From NCBI GenBank assembly GCA_963815455.1, contig CAWFGO010000003.1, positions 480,001-544,000 on the forward strand: 64,000 nucleotides of DNA, given 5' to 3'. The notes beneath the pieces are model-generated. The model was not told the DNA's origin. It searched no databases and saw only the letters and a program-made list of their open reading frames with translations. Below are positions 19,156 through 30,810 of this stretch, one piece after another. Made by a program: the position numbers and the translations under genes. Every line of letters starts with the position of its first letter. The stretch's first letter is position 1. The DNA comes from an uncultured Verrucomicrobiae bacterium. Its GTDB lineage: Bacteria > Verrucomicrobiota > Verrucomicrobiia > Chthoniobacterales > UBA10450.

Positions 19156-21444
19156 ATGCCGTCCCGAAACCGAATCCTGCTGATTGCGTTGTCGATCCTG
19201 CTGGTCGGGGCGACCGCGGTTTGGTTTACGCCATTTATTGTGTCGCGCGGATTACGCCTCTGGATTTCCTGGAAAGCGCGCCAGCAGCATCTTGTCGTCA
19301 AGATCGACAAAATCGACGCGCCGCTTTTGCGCCCGGTGGTCATGCGCGGGATTCATATCGCAAGCGCTCCTGGAAATTCAGTCAACCTCAACGTTGACGC
19401 GACTCAGGCCACATTCGATTTCAACCTTGCCGCCGTCATTTTGCGACGTGGTCGTTCGATTCGCTCGCTTTCGGTTGACGATTTTCACGTCGAGACCCAC
19501 CGCCTTCGGCCCGGGGCGTTCCTGTCCGAATCCGGCTGGATCGCGATGCAAAAATTGTTCCCGCTCAAATTCAACTTCTCCAAGTTCGATCTGCGCATGG
19601 AAGACGGGGCGACCGTAATTCTGCTTCGCAACGCGTCGATGTCGGGGAGCGAAATCGAAGCGGGCCAGTTTAGCGCCGGCGAGGTCACGATCGCGTCACC
19701 TTTATTTCGCCAGACTTTCGGCCAGCTCCGGGGCTCGACCAATTGGCAAAACGATCATTTAACCGTGGCCGGCCTGAGCCTTGCCCGGGGCCTCGATCTT
19801 CAGTGGATGACCTTTGATTTATCCCAGGTTGGAAGGCAACGCCTCGCGCTCGATTTCGATGTCGATGCTTTCGGGGGAAAAATTCGCGCCAGTATTTCCA
19901 ACGAATGGCTTCCCGGCAGTTCTCTCTGGAATGTGGTCGGCTCGGGAAACGATATTTCACTGGCGCAAACTTCGGAAGCGCTCGGGTTCACCGACCGGAT
20001 GGGTGGACTTCTTCACGCCTGCAAATTTACTTTCCGCGGCGATCCACACGATCCGTTGCAGGCGGCCGCATCGCTTTGGACCGAGCTGACCGGATTGAGT
20101 TGGCGCGATCGCGCAGCCGAAGTGATCATGCTCGGCGTCTCGCTCTACAATCGGCAGATCGACATCCAGGAACTTTACGTCAAGCAAAGCAAGAACCAGC
20201 TGACCCTGAAAGGCCAGGGCGCGTTCCCGGGGAAATCGTCGGACTGGCTCAGCCCGGATTTCCAAGGCGATATTTCCGCGTCGATCAACCAGCTCGGCGA
20301 TTTCGCCGCCCTGTTCGGCGCGGATCCGCGCGATTTCGCCGGAAAAATTGCGATCGACGGGACAATGAACGCTCGCGACCGAAAGATCGGCGGGCACCTT
20401 ACCTTCGATGGCAAGTCGCTCACGCTTTTCAAAACCGGAATCAATGCCTTAAGCGCGAAGCTCAGTCTCAAAGCGAGCGAATTGCAGATCGAACAACTGG
20501 AGCTGAAGCGCAAAAACGATTCGATGACCGCCCAGGGCAAGATCGACATGTCGCATGAGCATAAATACTCGGGCACGCTGAACGCCGCGGTCGACGACCT
20601 GGCCGACTATTTGTCGATCATCCGCGGCCCGACTGAAGACAACGTGAAGCCGACCCCGGCTAGCGTTCAAATAAACATCGAGGCCAGCCGATGGGACGCG
20701 AACGGGTCGATCAAGTTACCGGGTTCGAGCCCATTCGATTTCACGGCCAATTTCTTCCTGCCCATCGGAGCGGATTGGAGCGCTCTTCGGGCGGCGCCGG
20801 TCAACATTACTCTCGATTTTCCCTCGGTCTTTCTTGGAAGCACGCCACAATTTTTTCATCCGAGGATCTTCCGCGACGGCATTCTTAGCGGAAACCTCTC
20901 CATTGCCGGTTCCCTGCAACACCCCCGCATCACAGGCGACCTGCAGTTGTTAAACAGCAAGCTGGAGAACGCATCCTTTAATTTCACCGAAGCCAGCAGT
21001 CGGATTACCTTTAGCGGAGATCGCGCCTCGATAGATTTTTTTAATGCCGCCACCAAGGATGTGGATCTCTCGCTTCGCGGAGAAATCGATCTGCGCGACG
21101 CAAACGATCTCGGCATCAAGATAATTGCCGGAACACCGATCTTCGATCTCACGCCGCGGGCAATTGATTGCGTGAGCAAGATCGAGATCGATTCTGTGGC
21201 CGCAACGCTCGCGCCCGCTGTTACGGAACTGGAAATTCGCGGCGCGTTTCGATCTGCCTGGAAGATGAGCCTGAAAGAACGCGCAAGCACTCAATCCCCC
21301 GGCGGTCCGAGCTTGGACGAAACTGCTCGAAAATTTCCGATCTGTCTGGGCACGGCTACGGAAGGAAAAACGCTGGTGCTCGGCGGCCCATCGCGGCCGG
21401 AAAAACCTGCCGTTCGCCCACAAAAACGAAAGAAGCGGCGCTAA
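19156..21444 (+). CDS. AsmA/TamB-like membrane-anchored periplasmic protein
   Basis: Single N-terminal TM followed by a long run of amphipathic beta-strand sequence. Confidence 0.6.
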   Translation: MPSRNRILLIALSILLVGATAVWFTPFIVSRGLRLWISWKARQQHLVVKIDKIDAPLLRPVVMRGIHIASAPGNSVNLNVDATQATFDFNLAAVILRRGRSIRSLSVDDFHVETHRLRPGAFLSESGWIAMQKLFPLKFNFSKFDLRMEDGATVILLRNASMSGSEIEAGQFSAGEVTIASPLFRQTFGQLRGSTNWQNDHLTVAGLSLARGLDLQWMTFDLSQVGRQRLALDFDVDAFGGKIRASISNEWLPGSSLWNVVGSGNDISLAQTSEALGFTDRMGGLLHACKFTFRGDPHDPLQAAASLWTELTGLSWRDRAAEVIMLGVSLYNRQIDIQELYVKQSKNQLTLKGQGAFPGKSSDWLSPDFQGDISASINQLGDFAALFGADPRDFAGKIAIDGTMNARDRKIGGHLTFDGKSLTLFKTGINALSAKLSLKASELQIEQLELKRKNDSMTAQGKIDMSHEHKYSGTLNAAVDDLADYLSIIRGPTEDNVKPTPASVQINIEASRWDANGSIKLPGSSPFDFTANFFLPIGADWSALRAAPVNITLDFPSVFLGSTPQFFHPRIFRDGILSGNLSIAGSLQHPRITGDLQLLNSKLENASFNFTEASSRITFSGDRASIDFFNAATKDVDLSLRGEIDLRDANDLGIKIIAGTPIFDLTPRAIDCVSKIEIDSVAATLAPAVTELEIRGAFRSAWKMSLKERASTQSPGGPSLDETARKFPICLGTATEGKTLVLGGPSRPEKPAVRPQKRKKRR

Positions 21445-24400
21445 GCCCGCCGCTCAGATTTCGTTGCCACCAGCCAGCGGGCAAGCTTTTCTTCCAGATC
21501 GCTGGTAAGGTTCACGTGAAACTCCGCGCCGGCATCGAGAAGCAGCGAACCGCTGTTGCCGCGATCGAACAGGAATCGAACCGGACTGCTTCCAGGAGAG
21601 CTGGCCAGGATCTTGCGCACTTCGCGCAATTCTTCGCTCGTTGCCGCCGAAGAAAATTGCAACAGGATCGGCGGCTCTTCTTTTGTTCCGTTTGTCGATC
21701 CTTCCCTCCCCTCGCCGTTCGTCTTTTCGGTAGTTAAAACCTTGACCTTTTGCGCTACTGCGCGCGATCGATCGTCGCGGCTATCGACGCTGGCCTGGAC
21801 CGCAATCACCCGGCCGGGCACGAGGAGGTCGGCTACTTTCGAATAAGTGTCGTCCCACAGGAAAACTTCAATCGATCCGGTCAGATCTTCCAGCGCGAGG
21901 ATGGCGTACGGCTTCCCATCGGATCGCCGGAATTTCTTTTCGACTTGCGTGATTGCGCCCGCGATTCGGCAGACGGCCCGATCGTCTAATTCGGCTAACG
22001 AGGCGATCGATTGATATTTCTTTTCCGCCAAAAGATCGGCAAAAGCCTCCAGCGGATGCCCGCTGACGTAAAAACCGAGCAATTCCTTCTCGAACGAAAG
22101 TTTCTCGTGCTCGCTCCATGCCACCACCGTTCTCGGCTTTGTCGATGTTGTCGAGGCGGTCAGCTCCTCAAACAACGAGCCTTGTCCCGCGGCGCGATCG
22201 CGCTGCGCCGCGGCCGAGGCCGCCAGCGCTTCTTCGATACAGGCGTGAAGCTCCGCCCGGTCGCGCCCAAGAAAATCGAACGCGCCGGCTTTGACCAAAC
22301 TCTCAAGCATTTTCCGATTGGCCCCGCGCGTTCCCAGCCGTCCGCAAAAATCTTCCAGCGAGGTAAATTCGCCGCCTTGCTCGCGTTCCTGGATCGTCAC
22401 GTCCATGGCTGCTTCACCGACGTTCTTGATCGCCGCCAGCCCGTAACGGATTGCGTTCTTCTGTAGCGGCGCTCTCTGAGCGTCACCTTCTTCGGTTCGG
22501 CGGTCAGAGACCGCCGCTACAATGCTTTCGGGACTAAACTTTAACCCGCTCCGGTTCACGTCTGGCGCGAGAATCGGAATGCCCATTCGTTTACATTCGC
22601 CGACGAAGACCGAGATTTTTTCGGTATTGCTAATCTCGTTGCTCAGCAATCCGGCCATGAATTCCACCGGATAATGCGCTTTTAGATATGCGGTCTGATA
22701 ACTGATCAGTCCGTAAGCGGCGCTGTGGCTCTTGTTGAATCCGTAACCGGCAAATTTTTCCAGCAAATCGAAAATCGCGTTCGCTTTTTTCTCCGGGATC
22801 TTGTTCGTGCGCGCGCAACCCTCGATAAAATTCGTGCGCTCCTTGGCCATTTTCTCCTTGTCCTTCTTCCCCATGGCGCGCCGCAGCAAATCGCCCTGGG
22901 CCAGCGAATAGCCGGCCAACTTGCTGGCCGCGGCCATCACCTGTTCCTGGTAAATCATAACGCCATAAGTGTCGGCGCAGATTTCCTCCAGCAGCGGATG
23001 CTCGTACCGAATCTTGGTTAGTCCCTTTTTGCGTTTGATGTAATCGCCGATGAGATCCATCGGGCCGGGCCGATAGAGTGCGATCAACGCGATGATGTCG
23101 TCGATCTTTTGCACGTCGAATTGCTTGGCCGTGCTGGTCATGCCGCCTGATTCCATTTGGAACAGCCCGATGGTTTCTCCGCGGTTGTAGAGACCGAACG
23201 CGGCTTCATCATCGAGCGGAATATTTTTCAGCGAAAATCCCGGCTCGCGTTTCCGGATCAGCTTCAGCGTGTCCTCGATCACCGTCAGGGTCTTGAGCCC
23301 GAGGAAATCCATCTTCAGCAGACCAAGATCGTTCAGCGGCCCCATCGCGTACTGACTGATGATGTCGTTTCCCTTCACGTCGCGGCAGAGCGGGATGTAT
23401 TCGGACAAATCGCGATCGGCGATGACGACGCCGGCGGCGTGCACGCCGGCATTGCGCGAGATGCCTTCCAAAATCTTGCCGTACTCGAAGACCTGCCGCG
23501 TTTCTTTTTCGGTCGCGATGGCCCGTTTCAGCTCGGGATTCTTTTCGACGGCAGATTCGAGAGTGATGTTCAGTTCGTTCGGGATCATCTTGGCGATGCG
23601 GTCCGCCGCGGCGTAGGGAAGCCCGATCACGCGACCCACATCGCGCACCACGCTCTTCGCTTTCAGTTTTCCGAAGGTGATGATCTGCGCGACCCGGCGC
23701 TCGCCATATTTCTGCCGAACGTACTCGAGCACTTCACCCCGACGCGCTTCGCAAAAATCGACATCGATATCCGGCGGCGAAATCCGGTCCGGATTCAAGA
23801 ACCGCTCAAAAATCAGACCGATACTGCAACGGATCGATGTCCGTAATTCCGAGCACGTAGGCCACCAGTGATCCGGCCGCCGATCCGCGCCCCGGCCCGA
23901 CCGGGATCCCGCGTTCCTTGGCGAAGTGCGATAAAATCCCAGACGATCAGGATGTAGCTGACGAAGCCGGTTTTCTCGAGAATGCCCAGCTCATAATCGA
24001 GACGCTGTTGAAGTTGATTGTCGATCTTCGCTCGCTCGCCGTAGCGCTCCTCCAAACCCCTGGCGCAAAGAACGCGCAGATATTTCTCGCGTTCAACGCC
24101 TTCCGGCACGGGATATTCCGGGTATTTCGACTTACCGAGCTCGATCTCCAGGTTGCAGCGCTCGGCGATCGCCAGCGTGTTGGCGATCGCCTCCGGGAAA
24201 TCCTTGAATATCTCCCGCATCTCTTCCGGCGACTTGAAATAAAGTTCCGGCAGATAATGCATTCGCTGCTCGTCCTGCACCATTTTCCCGGTGCCGATGC
24301 AAAGCATCACATCATGCGCGTCATGATCGCTCCGCCGCAGAAAATGCACGTCGTTCGCGGCAACAAGCCCGACACCCAGGTCTTTCGCCATTTTCGGCAG

Positions 24401-24976
24401 GACGGCATTGCACCAGCGCTGTTCCTCCATGCCGTGATCGTGCATTTCGATGAAGAAATTTTCCGCGCCGAGAATGTCGCGATACTCGGCGGCGGCCTGC
24501 GTCGCGCTGTCGATCTTGTTCGATTGAATGGCCGAGTTCATTTCGCTGGCCAGACAACCGCTCAGCCCGATAAGGCCCTGCGCGTGTGAAGCGAGAAGTT
24601 CCTTGTCGATCCGCGGCCGGTAATGAAATCCGTCGAGATGCGCGGTCGAAATCAGTTTTACCAGATTGCGATAGCCCGTTTCATCCTGGGCCAGCAGCGT
24701 AAAATGATAGGCCGACTCGCGCATCGAGCTGGGCCGGTCCTTGTGCGAACGCGGCGCGATGTAAGCCTCGCAGCCGATGATCGGTTTTATCCCGGCCCGT
24801 TTTGCCTCCTGATAAAATTCGATCGCGCCAAAAAGATTGCCGTGATCGGTCATCGCTACCGCCGGCATCTTGAATTCTTTCGCTTTTTTCATCAGCTCCC
24901 GCATCCGAATCGCCCCGTCGAGGAGGGAGTATTCGGTATGGAGGTGGAGATGAACGAAGGAATCGCGGGGCATCAT
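21441..24976 (-). CDS. dnaE: DNA polymerase III alpha subunit; two +1 indels near 23930 and 23820
   Basis: [18 protein letters not shown] domain; [14 protein letters not shown] in an intermediate frame; [24 protein letters not shown]-terminal OB fold. Confidence 0.95.
22462..22521. repeat. 60-bp GTAG REP doublet in frame inside dnaE
   Basis: TGTAGCGGCGCTCTCTGAGCGTC...CGGCGGTCAGAGACCGCCGCTACA; encodes [20 protein letters not shown]. Confidence 0.9.
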
Positions 24977-25097
24977 TTTCAGTATTGAACGCCACCGCGA
25001 TTTGGCAAAAAAAATTCGCTCGGGATCGCGAAAAATTCGTGATTGCATTCCCTCTGGCGCCGTTGCTATGAGAGCCCGTGCCGGATTCAGCTTTTGA

Positions 25098-25523
<426 letters not shown>

Positions 25524-25557
25524 GAACCGCCTTGCGCCTATCTGCCCTTCCAAACTC

Positions 25558-25626
25558 AGTCGAGGAATCCCGTTGCGGTAGCTTTATAGTGACAACGCGG
25601 GATCCTTCGACTTCGCTCAGGATGAC
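25558..25626. repeat. 5'-truncated GTCAT...ATGAC palindromic repeat in the glnB-glnA spacer
   Basis: agtcgaggaatccc ... gggatccttcgacttcgctcaggatgac. Confidence 0.8.
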
Positions 25627-25674
25627 AGGCTCTTAATTTTCCAACTATTCAACCACTCAACTCCTCAACCTCCT

Positions 25675-27096
25675 ATGCCCAAAGACAAGACCCCATCCGA
25701 TGTCAGTAAATTGATCAAAGACAACGACGTGAAATTGATCGACTTCAAGTTCACGGACCTGCTCGGTACCTGGCAGCATTTCACGACTACTCTTACCGAA
25801 TATAACGAAGAAATTTTTACGGACGGCCTCGGCTTCGATGGCTCGAGCATTCGCGGCTGGCGAGTGATCAATGCGTCGGACATGCTCGTCATTCCCGATC
25901 CGTCCACCGCGTGGATCGACATCTTCAACGCCGAACCGACCCTCTCGCTCATCTGCACCATCGTCGATCCTATTACCCGGGAACCGTACGATCGCGACCC
26001 GCGCGGCGTGGCCGAAAAAGCGGAAGCGTATTTGAAAAGCACCGGCATCGCCGACACCGCGTTTATCGGGCCGGAAGCGGAGTTCTTCATCTTTGACGAC
26101 GTGCGCTTTAGTTACAACGGGAACTCTTCCTTTCACCAAGTCGACAGCATCGAGGGCCATTGGAACAGCGGCCGCGAGGAGTTTCCGAATCTGGGTTATA
26201 AAATCCGGGCCAAAGAAGGTTATTTCCCGGTCGCGCCGGCGGACAGTTTGCAAGACATCCGCAACGAAATGTGTCTCGAGCTGGAGCGGGCTGGAATTCC
26301 GATCGAGCGCCAGCATCACGAGGTCGCGACTGCGGGCCAGGCCGAGATCGACATCCGTTTCGCTCCGCTCAAACGCATGGCGGACAGTTTGCAGTATTAT
26401 AAATACATCCTGCGCAACGTGGCCAAGAAACACAACAAGACGGTCACGTTCATGCCGAAGCCACTCTTTGGTGACAATGGCTCGGGCATGCACACGCACA
26501 TATCGCTTTGGAATGGCGACAAGCCCCTCTTTGCCGGGAATGGCTATGCCGGCTTGAGCGATCTCGCCCTCTTTTTCATCGGCGGAATCTTGAAACATGC
26601 GCCGGCGCTCACTTGCATGACCAATCCAACAACCAACAGCTACAAGCGCCTCGTGCCCGGATTTGAAGCGCCGGTCAATCTCGCTTATTCCGCCCGGAAT
26701 CGTTCCGCCGCGATTCGCATACCGACCTACTCGCCAAGTCCCAAGGCCAAACGAATCGAGTTCCGCACGCCGGATGCCGCAGCAAATCCGTATCTCGCCT
26801 TTTCCGCAATGCTGCTGGCCGGTCTCGATGGAGTGCAAAATCGAATCGATCCCGGCGACCCGCTGGACAAGAATCTGTATGAGCTGCCGCCGGAAGAGCT
26901 GGCCCAGATCGCCAGCGTGCCAGATTCACTCCTTGGCGCAATCCAAGCGCTCCGGGCCGATCATTCCTTCCTGTTGCGCGGCGACGTCTTCAACGCCGAC
27001 TTCATCGCCAACTGGATCGACATGAAACAGAAAGAATACGACGCGTTGCGGCTGCGCCCGCACCCGTACGAATTCTCGATGTACTACGACGTGTGA
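25675..27096 (+). CDS. glnA: Type I glutamine synthetase
   Basis: [26 protein letters not shown]...[15 protein letters not shown], adenylylation-site NLYELPPEE. Confidence 0.97.
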   Translation: MPKDKTPSDVSKLIKDNDVKLIDFKFTDLLGTWQHFTTTLTEYNEEIFTDGLGFDGSSIRGWRVINASDMLVIPDPSTAWIDIFNAEPTLSLICTIVDPITREPYDRDPRGVAEKAEAYLKSTGIADTAFIGPEAEFFIFDDVRFSYNGNSSFHQVDSIEGHWNSGREEFPNLGYKIRAKEGYFPVAPADSLQDIRNEMCLELERAGIPIERQHHEVATAGQAEIDIRFAPLKRMADSLQYYKYILRNVAKKHNKTVTFMPKPLFGDNGSGMHTHISLWNGDKPLFAGNGYAGLSDLALFFIGGILKHAPALTCMTNPTTNSYKRLVPGFEAPVNLAYSARNRSAAIRIPTYSPSPKAKRIEFRTPDAAANPYLAFSAMLLAGLDGVQNRIDPGDPLDKNLYELPPEELAQIASVPDSLLGAIQALRADHSFLLRGDVFNADFIANWIDMKQKEYDALRLRPHPYEFSMYYDV

Positions 27097-27109
27097 TCGT
27101 CGTTTCGTT

Positions 27110-27835
27110 TTACCCGCGCCGATATCGCCGCATCAACTTGAAAAACCGCAGCGTGTCGCGCATGGGATGGATGCTGCTCACTTCGTCGCAGTAAACAGTC
27201 GTGATTGGGACGGAGTCGATTCGGAAACCTTTGCGGCTCGCTTTGATCAACATCTCGGTTTCGTAATCGAACCGGTCGGCGCCTTCGAGCATCTCCGGGA
27301 TCACGTCGCGATGCAGCATCCGAAATCCGCATTGCGTGTCGGGAATGGTTTGACCACACACCCGGCTGATCTTGTTGCTCATGTAACGATTCACAAGTCG
27401 CCGAACCAGCGGCATGCGCGAAAGATCGTTCATTCGATTGCCGACAAATAACTTCGCGTCCTTTGCCGAAGCGGCGCTCAGGAATCGATCGATTTCTTCC
27501 GGGCGATGCTGGGCGTCGGCGTCCAGGATCATCACCCAGGATACTTGTCGATCCTGTCCGCCGTCGGACGGACTCGCCGGGGCGAGCCAATGCCGCAGCC
27601 CGGTTCGAATCGCTTCGCCTTTGCCGCGATTTTGCGGATGGGTGATGACTTCCGCCCCGGCGATGCGAGCTTCGGCAGCCGTCGCATCGCTGGAACCATC
27701 GTCGACCACCAGAACATGATCGAGCTTGCCTCGCGTCCGCCGGACAACGTCGCCAATATGTTTCTCTTCGTTGAAAGCAGGAATGACCGCCGCGACCGAC
27801 TGTCGCTCCTGCGCGCGCGCTCCGGCCGTCTCCAT
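27110..27835 (-). CDS. GT2 glycosyltransferase (DPM1-like)
   Basis: IPAFNEE, VDDGSSD, NRGKGEA, LDADAQH, DTQCGFR. Confidence 0.88.
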   Translation of the reverse strand: METAGARAQERQSVAAVIPAFNEEKHIGDVVRRTRGKLDHVLVVDDGSSDATAAEARIAGAEVITHPQNRGKGEAIRTGLRHWLAPASPSDGGQDRQVSWVMILDADAQHRPEEIDRFLSAASAKDAKLFVGNRMNDLSRMPLVRRLVNRYMSNKISRVCGQTIPDTQCGFRMLHRDVIPEMLEGADRFDYETEMLIKASRKGFRIDSVPITTVYCDEVSSIHPMRDTLRFFKLMRRYRRG

Positions 27836-28725
27836 TATCGACGGACGACCGGATGAAAATCCGCTGCGTGATACGAACTGCGGACGAGCGGACCGGAGGC
27901 GACGTAAAGAAAACCTTTTTGACGTGCGATGTCGCCGTAGAGATCAAATTGTGCCGGCGTGATGTATTCGACGACTGGCAAATGTTTCGGTGTTGGCCGC
28001 AGGTACTGTCCCATGGTCAAGACCTCGCAGCCGGCTTCGCGCAAATCGTCCATCGTTTGAAAAATTTCAGGTTCGGTTTCACCGAGGCCGAGCATGATCC
28101 CGCTCTTGATGACAGTTTTCGGAGACAGTTCCTTCGCCCGCCGCAATACTTCGAGCGATGTCCGGTATTTGGCGCGTGAGCGCACCAGCGGCGTCAGCCG
28201 CTCGACCGTTTCCATGTTGTGATTGTAGATGTCCGGTCCGGCGTTGAGGACGATCTGGATGCACCAATCTTGCGCGTGAAAATCGGGGACGAGCACCTCG
28301 ATCACAATCGTGGGATCCATGTCTCGAATCGCGGTGATGACGCGGGCAAAGTGATCGGCGCCGCCGTCTTCGAGATCGTCGCGAGCCACTGCCGTAATCA
28401 CGACGTGTTTCAATTTCATCCGCTGCACGGCCTCGGCCACGCGCTGCGGCTCGTCTTCTTCGAGCGCAAACGGCTTGGCCGTCGTCACCGCGCAAAATCC
28501 GCACGCCCGGGTGCAACGATCGCCCGCGATCATGAACGTCGCCGTGCCCTGGCTCCAGCATTCCCAGCGATTCGGGCATTGCGCGCTTTCACAAACCGTA
28601 TGCAATTGCAGATCGGAAATCAGCGCCTTGGTGGAAAAGAAAACCGGATTCGACGGCAACCGCACCTTGATCCAGGACGGTTTGCGCGCCTGGTGCAACG
28701 CCGGATCGATTTTTGCGCAGGACAT
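27835..28725 (-). CDS. lipA: Lipoyl synthase
   Basis: CESAQCPNRWEC, CTRACGFC, RSSYHA. Confidence 0.96.
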   Translation of the reverse strand: MSCAKIDPALHQARKPSWIKVRLPSNPVFFSTKALISDLQLHTVCESAQCPNRWECWSQGTATFMIAGDRCTRACGFCAVTTAKPFALEEDEPQRVAEAVQRMKLKHVVITAVARDDLEDGGADHFARVITAIRDMDPTIVIEVLVPDFHAQDWCIQIVLNAGPDIYNHNMETVERLTPLVRSRAKYRTSLEVLRRAKELSPKTVIKSGIMLGLGETEPEIFQTMDDLREAGCEVLTMGQYLRPTPKHLPVVEYITPAQFDLYGDIARQKGFLYVASGPLVRSSYHAADFHPVVRR

Positions 28726-28769
28726 GCGGACGAAATTTGTCATCGCCGGGTTGAAAAGCAAACGAACGT

Positions 28770-28923
28770 GTCATCCCGAGCCTGCCTGTCATCCAGAGCG
28801 AAGCGAAGGATCCCGCGTTCCGGAATGACGCTTGCGATCAACCAAGTAATCACAGCCCGGGATAATTTGGGCATTGCAATCGCGTAGGCGAGATCCCTCG
28901 CCGTCTACGCGGCTCGGGATGAC
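28770..28923. repeat. GTCAT...ATGAC palindromic repeat (compound, doubled left end)
   Basis: gtcatcccgagcctgcct-gtcatccagagcgaagcgaaggatccc ... gagatccctcg...gctcgggatgac. Confidence 0.8.
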
Positions 28924-28934
28924 AAGCGCGCGAG

Positions 28935-29543
28935 TTACAATTTCGTTCGTCCTGAAAGCGCGGCGGAAAGCGTCAATTCATCGGCCGATTCCAGGCCGCC
29001 GCCGGCTGGAATGCCCCGGGCAATTCGGGTAAGCGCGATCGGCTTGCCCTTCAGAAGATCGACAATGTAATTCATTGTCGATTCACCTTCGACATCGGCG
29101 GCCACAGCGAAAATAATTTCGGAAATCTTTTCCCGCTCGATCCGATCGATCAATTCCTTGATCCGCAAATCCTCCGGACCAACATGATCGAGCGGTGAGA
29201 TTTTTCCACCCAGCGAATGATAGCGACCGCGAAACGCGCTTGTCTTTTCCAGCGGCAGAATATCAGTGGGTTGTTCGACTACGCACAGCAGCTCGGACGA
29301 ACGCGACGCGTCCGCGCAAATGTCGCAAATTTCCTGCGTGGTAAAGAATCCACAGAGCGCGCAGGCATGAATATTTTGCCGCGTCGAATGAATGGCCCGC
29401 GCGATTTGATCGGGTTTATCGTCACGCGCACGCACGATCCAAAGAGCAATGCGCTCCGCCGAGCGCGGCCCGACCCCGGGCATTTGTCGAAGTTGCGCGA
29501 TCAGGTCCCGAATCGCGGCCGGATATTCGGTTTTTCTCAACAC
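28935..29543 (-). CDS. recR: Recombination mediator RecR
   Basis: PGVGPRSAERIA, CALC...CDIC zinc finger, Toprim CVVEQ, DVEGEST, ADELTL. Confidence 0.95.
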   Translation of the reverse strand: MLRKTEYPAAIRDLIAQLRQMPGVGPRSAERIALWIVRARDDKPDQIARAIHSTRQNIHACALCGFFTTQEICDICADASRSSELLCVVEQPTDILPLEKTSAFRGRYHSLGGKISPLDHVGPEDLRIKELIDRIEREKISEIIFAVAADVEGESTMNYIVDLLKGKPIALTRIARGIPAGGGLESADELTLSAALSGRTKL

Positions 29544-29552
29544 GCCCAGATT

Positions 29553-30803
29553 CTAGCCGTGCGTCGTTTCCGCCAGATGCAGAGCGAGCGGCTCCAGTCG
29601 ACGCAAATATAGTTGCAATGGCGCATCGTTATCGGCATCCGGCCCGCGCGCCTTTTGAAATTCCTGGTAGGCTTCGGCCCACCGCTTTTCTCGATAGAGA
29701 ACAACGCCGTTCCAGAAATAGTCGCGCCGGGCGAGATGCTCCGGCTTCGCCTCGGCGGCCAGCCAGAGCGGCTCGTAAATTTCGTGACGCTCCTGAGAAT
29801 TCACCCCGCTAAGAAAGTCGATTGGGCGCGCGACAACCATTTTGCTGGCCAGCTCGAACGTTCGCGGACCGATCAAGACTCGCGACCCATAAAACCGGTT
29901 CGCAACACAGAACCGGCGGGCAAGCTCGACCGGTTCTCCGCTGGTAAAAAGCGAGGGCCCCTCATCCCGATTCAACGGCGCAACAATGATCGTGCCGGAG
30001 CTGACGCCCAGGTGCACCTCGCAGTTCCCGAAAAGTTCGCCGTTGTTTTGCCGGCGCGAATCACGAAAATCGCCGACCAGATCGAGCGCGACCCGCACCG
30101 CTTTTTCGGAATGCTCGGCATCGCCCGCCGGAAATCCGAAGATGGCAACCACGCCTTCGCCGTCGGCGGCCTGGATATAACCGCCGGCCTTGAGAAGAAG
30201 ATCGGTTGTCCGCCGAATGAATTTCTCAGTGGCTTCGGCAAATGCTGACGGCTCGGTATCCTCGGCCAGATCGTATTTGTTAGCGATGTCGCAGACGAGG
30301 ACGGTGGTTTCATATGTGCGCGCTTCGGGTTCGAGCGGCACTTCTCCTTCAATGATGCTCCGCACCTTGTCTCCGGACAACCGGCCGGCGAAAAGCGCCC
30401 GGGCCAGGTGGGCCCGGCCGCGGGTGGCAATTGCCACCGTTCGCTCGGCCGCGACGAAAGCGAGGCCGGTAACCAAAAGCGAAGGGATCGGCTGAAAAAA
30501 CAGGTGAAACAGCGCGCAAATCCAGGCCAGGGCCACCAATTCAACCAGCAGCACGCAGATCAGCCAGGCCATTCGCATACGGCGGGCAGCGGTAATAGTG
30601 AGCCCGGCCACTCCAAGCGACAACGCGGCGATGATAAGATACTGCCACTTGTCATCGAGGGGATGGGATACTTTGCGGAAATGGGAAATGAGTCCCGCGA
30701 TCGGCTCTTCGATCCGGAGCAATACTCCGAAGCCGTGCAAAGCCCCGACCAACCCCGCGACGAGGAGACCAATAATCAGGGCTGCAACAAGAGGTCGTTT
30801 CAT
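29553..30803 (-). CDS. Membrane protein with class III adenylate/guanylate cyclase-like domain
   Basis: About 4 TM helices, then TVLVCDI, DGEGVVAIFG, HLGVSSG, YGSRVLI; C-terminal helical tail. Confidence 0.75.
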   Translation of the reverse strand: MKRPLVAALIIGLLVAGLVGALHGFGVLLRIEEPIAGLISHFRKVSHPLDDKWQYLIIAALSLGVAGLTITAARRMRMAWLICVLLVELVALAWICALFHLFFQPIPSLLVTGLAFVAAERTVAIATRGRAHLARALFAGRLSGDKVRSIIEGEVPLEPEARTYETTVLVCDIANKYDLAEDTEPSAFAEATEKFIRRTTDLLLKAGGYIQAADGEGVVAIFGFPAGDAEHSEKAVRVALDLVGDFRDSRRQNNGELFGNCEVHLGVSSGTIIVAPLNRDEGPSLFTSGEPVELARRFCVANRFYGSRVLIGPRTFELASKMVVARPIDFLSGVNSQERHEIYEPLWLAAEAKPEHLARRDYFWNGVVLYREKRWAEAYQEFQKARGPDADNDAPLQLYLRRLEPLALHLAETTHG

Positions 30804-30810
30804 GGACTGG

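Noticed and set aside
23813..23935. Split dnaE, intein or programmed frameshift
   Set aside because: Two single extra bases account for it; the conserved [10 protein letters not shown] segment is present in the intermediate frame, with no intein motifs or slippery site.
25657..26838. Long antisense ORFs (opposite glnA, ychF, dnaE, gspF and others)
   Set aside because: Shadow ORFs expected from GC-rich codon bias opposite well-conserved genes; no recognisable motifs.
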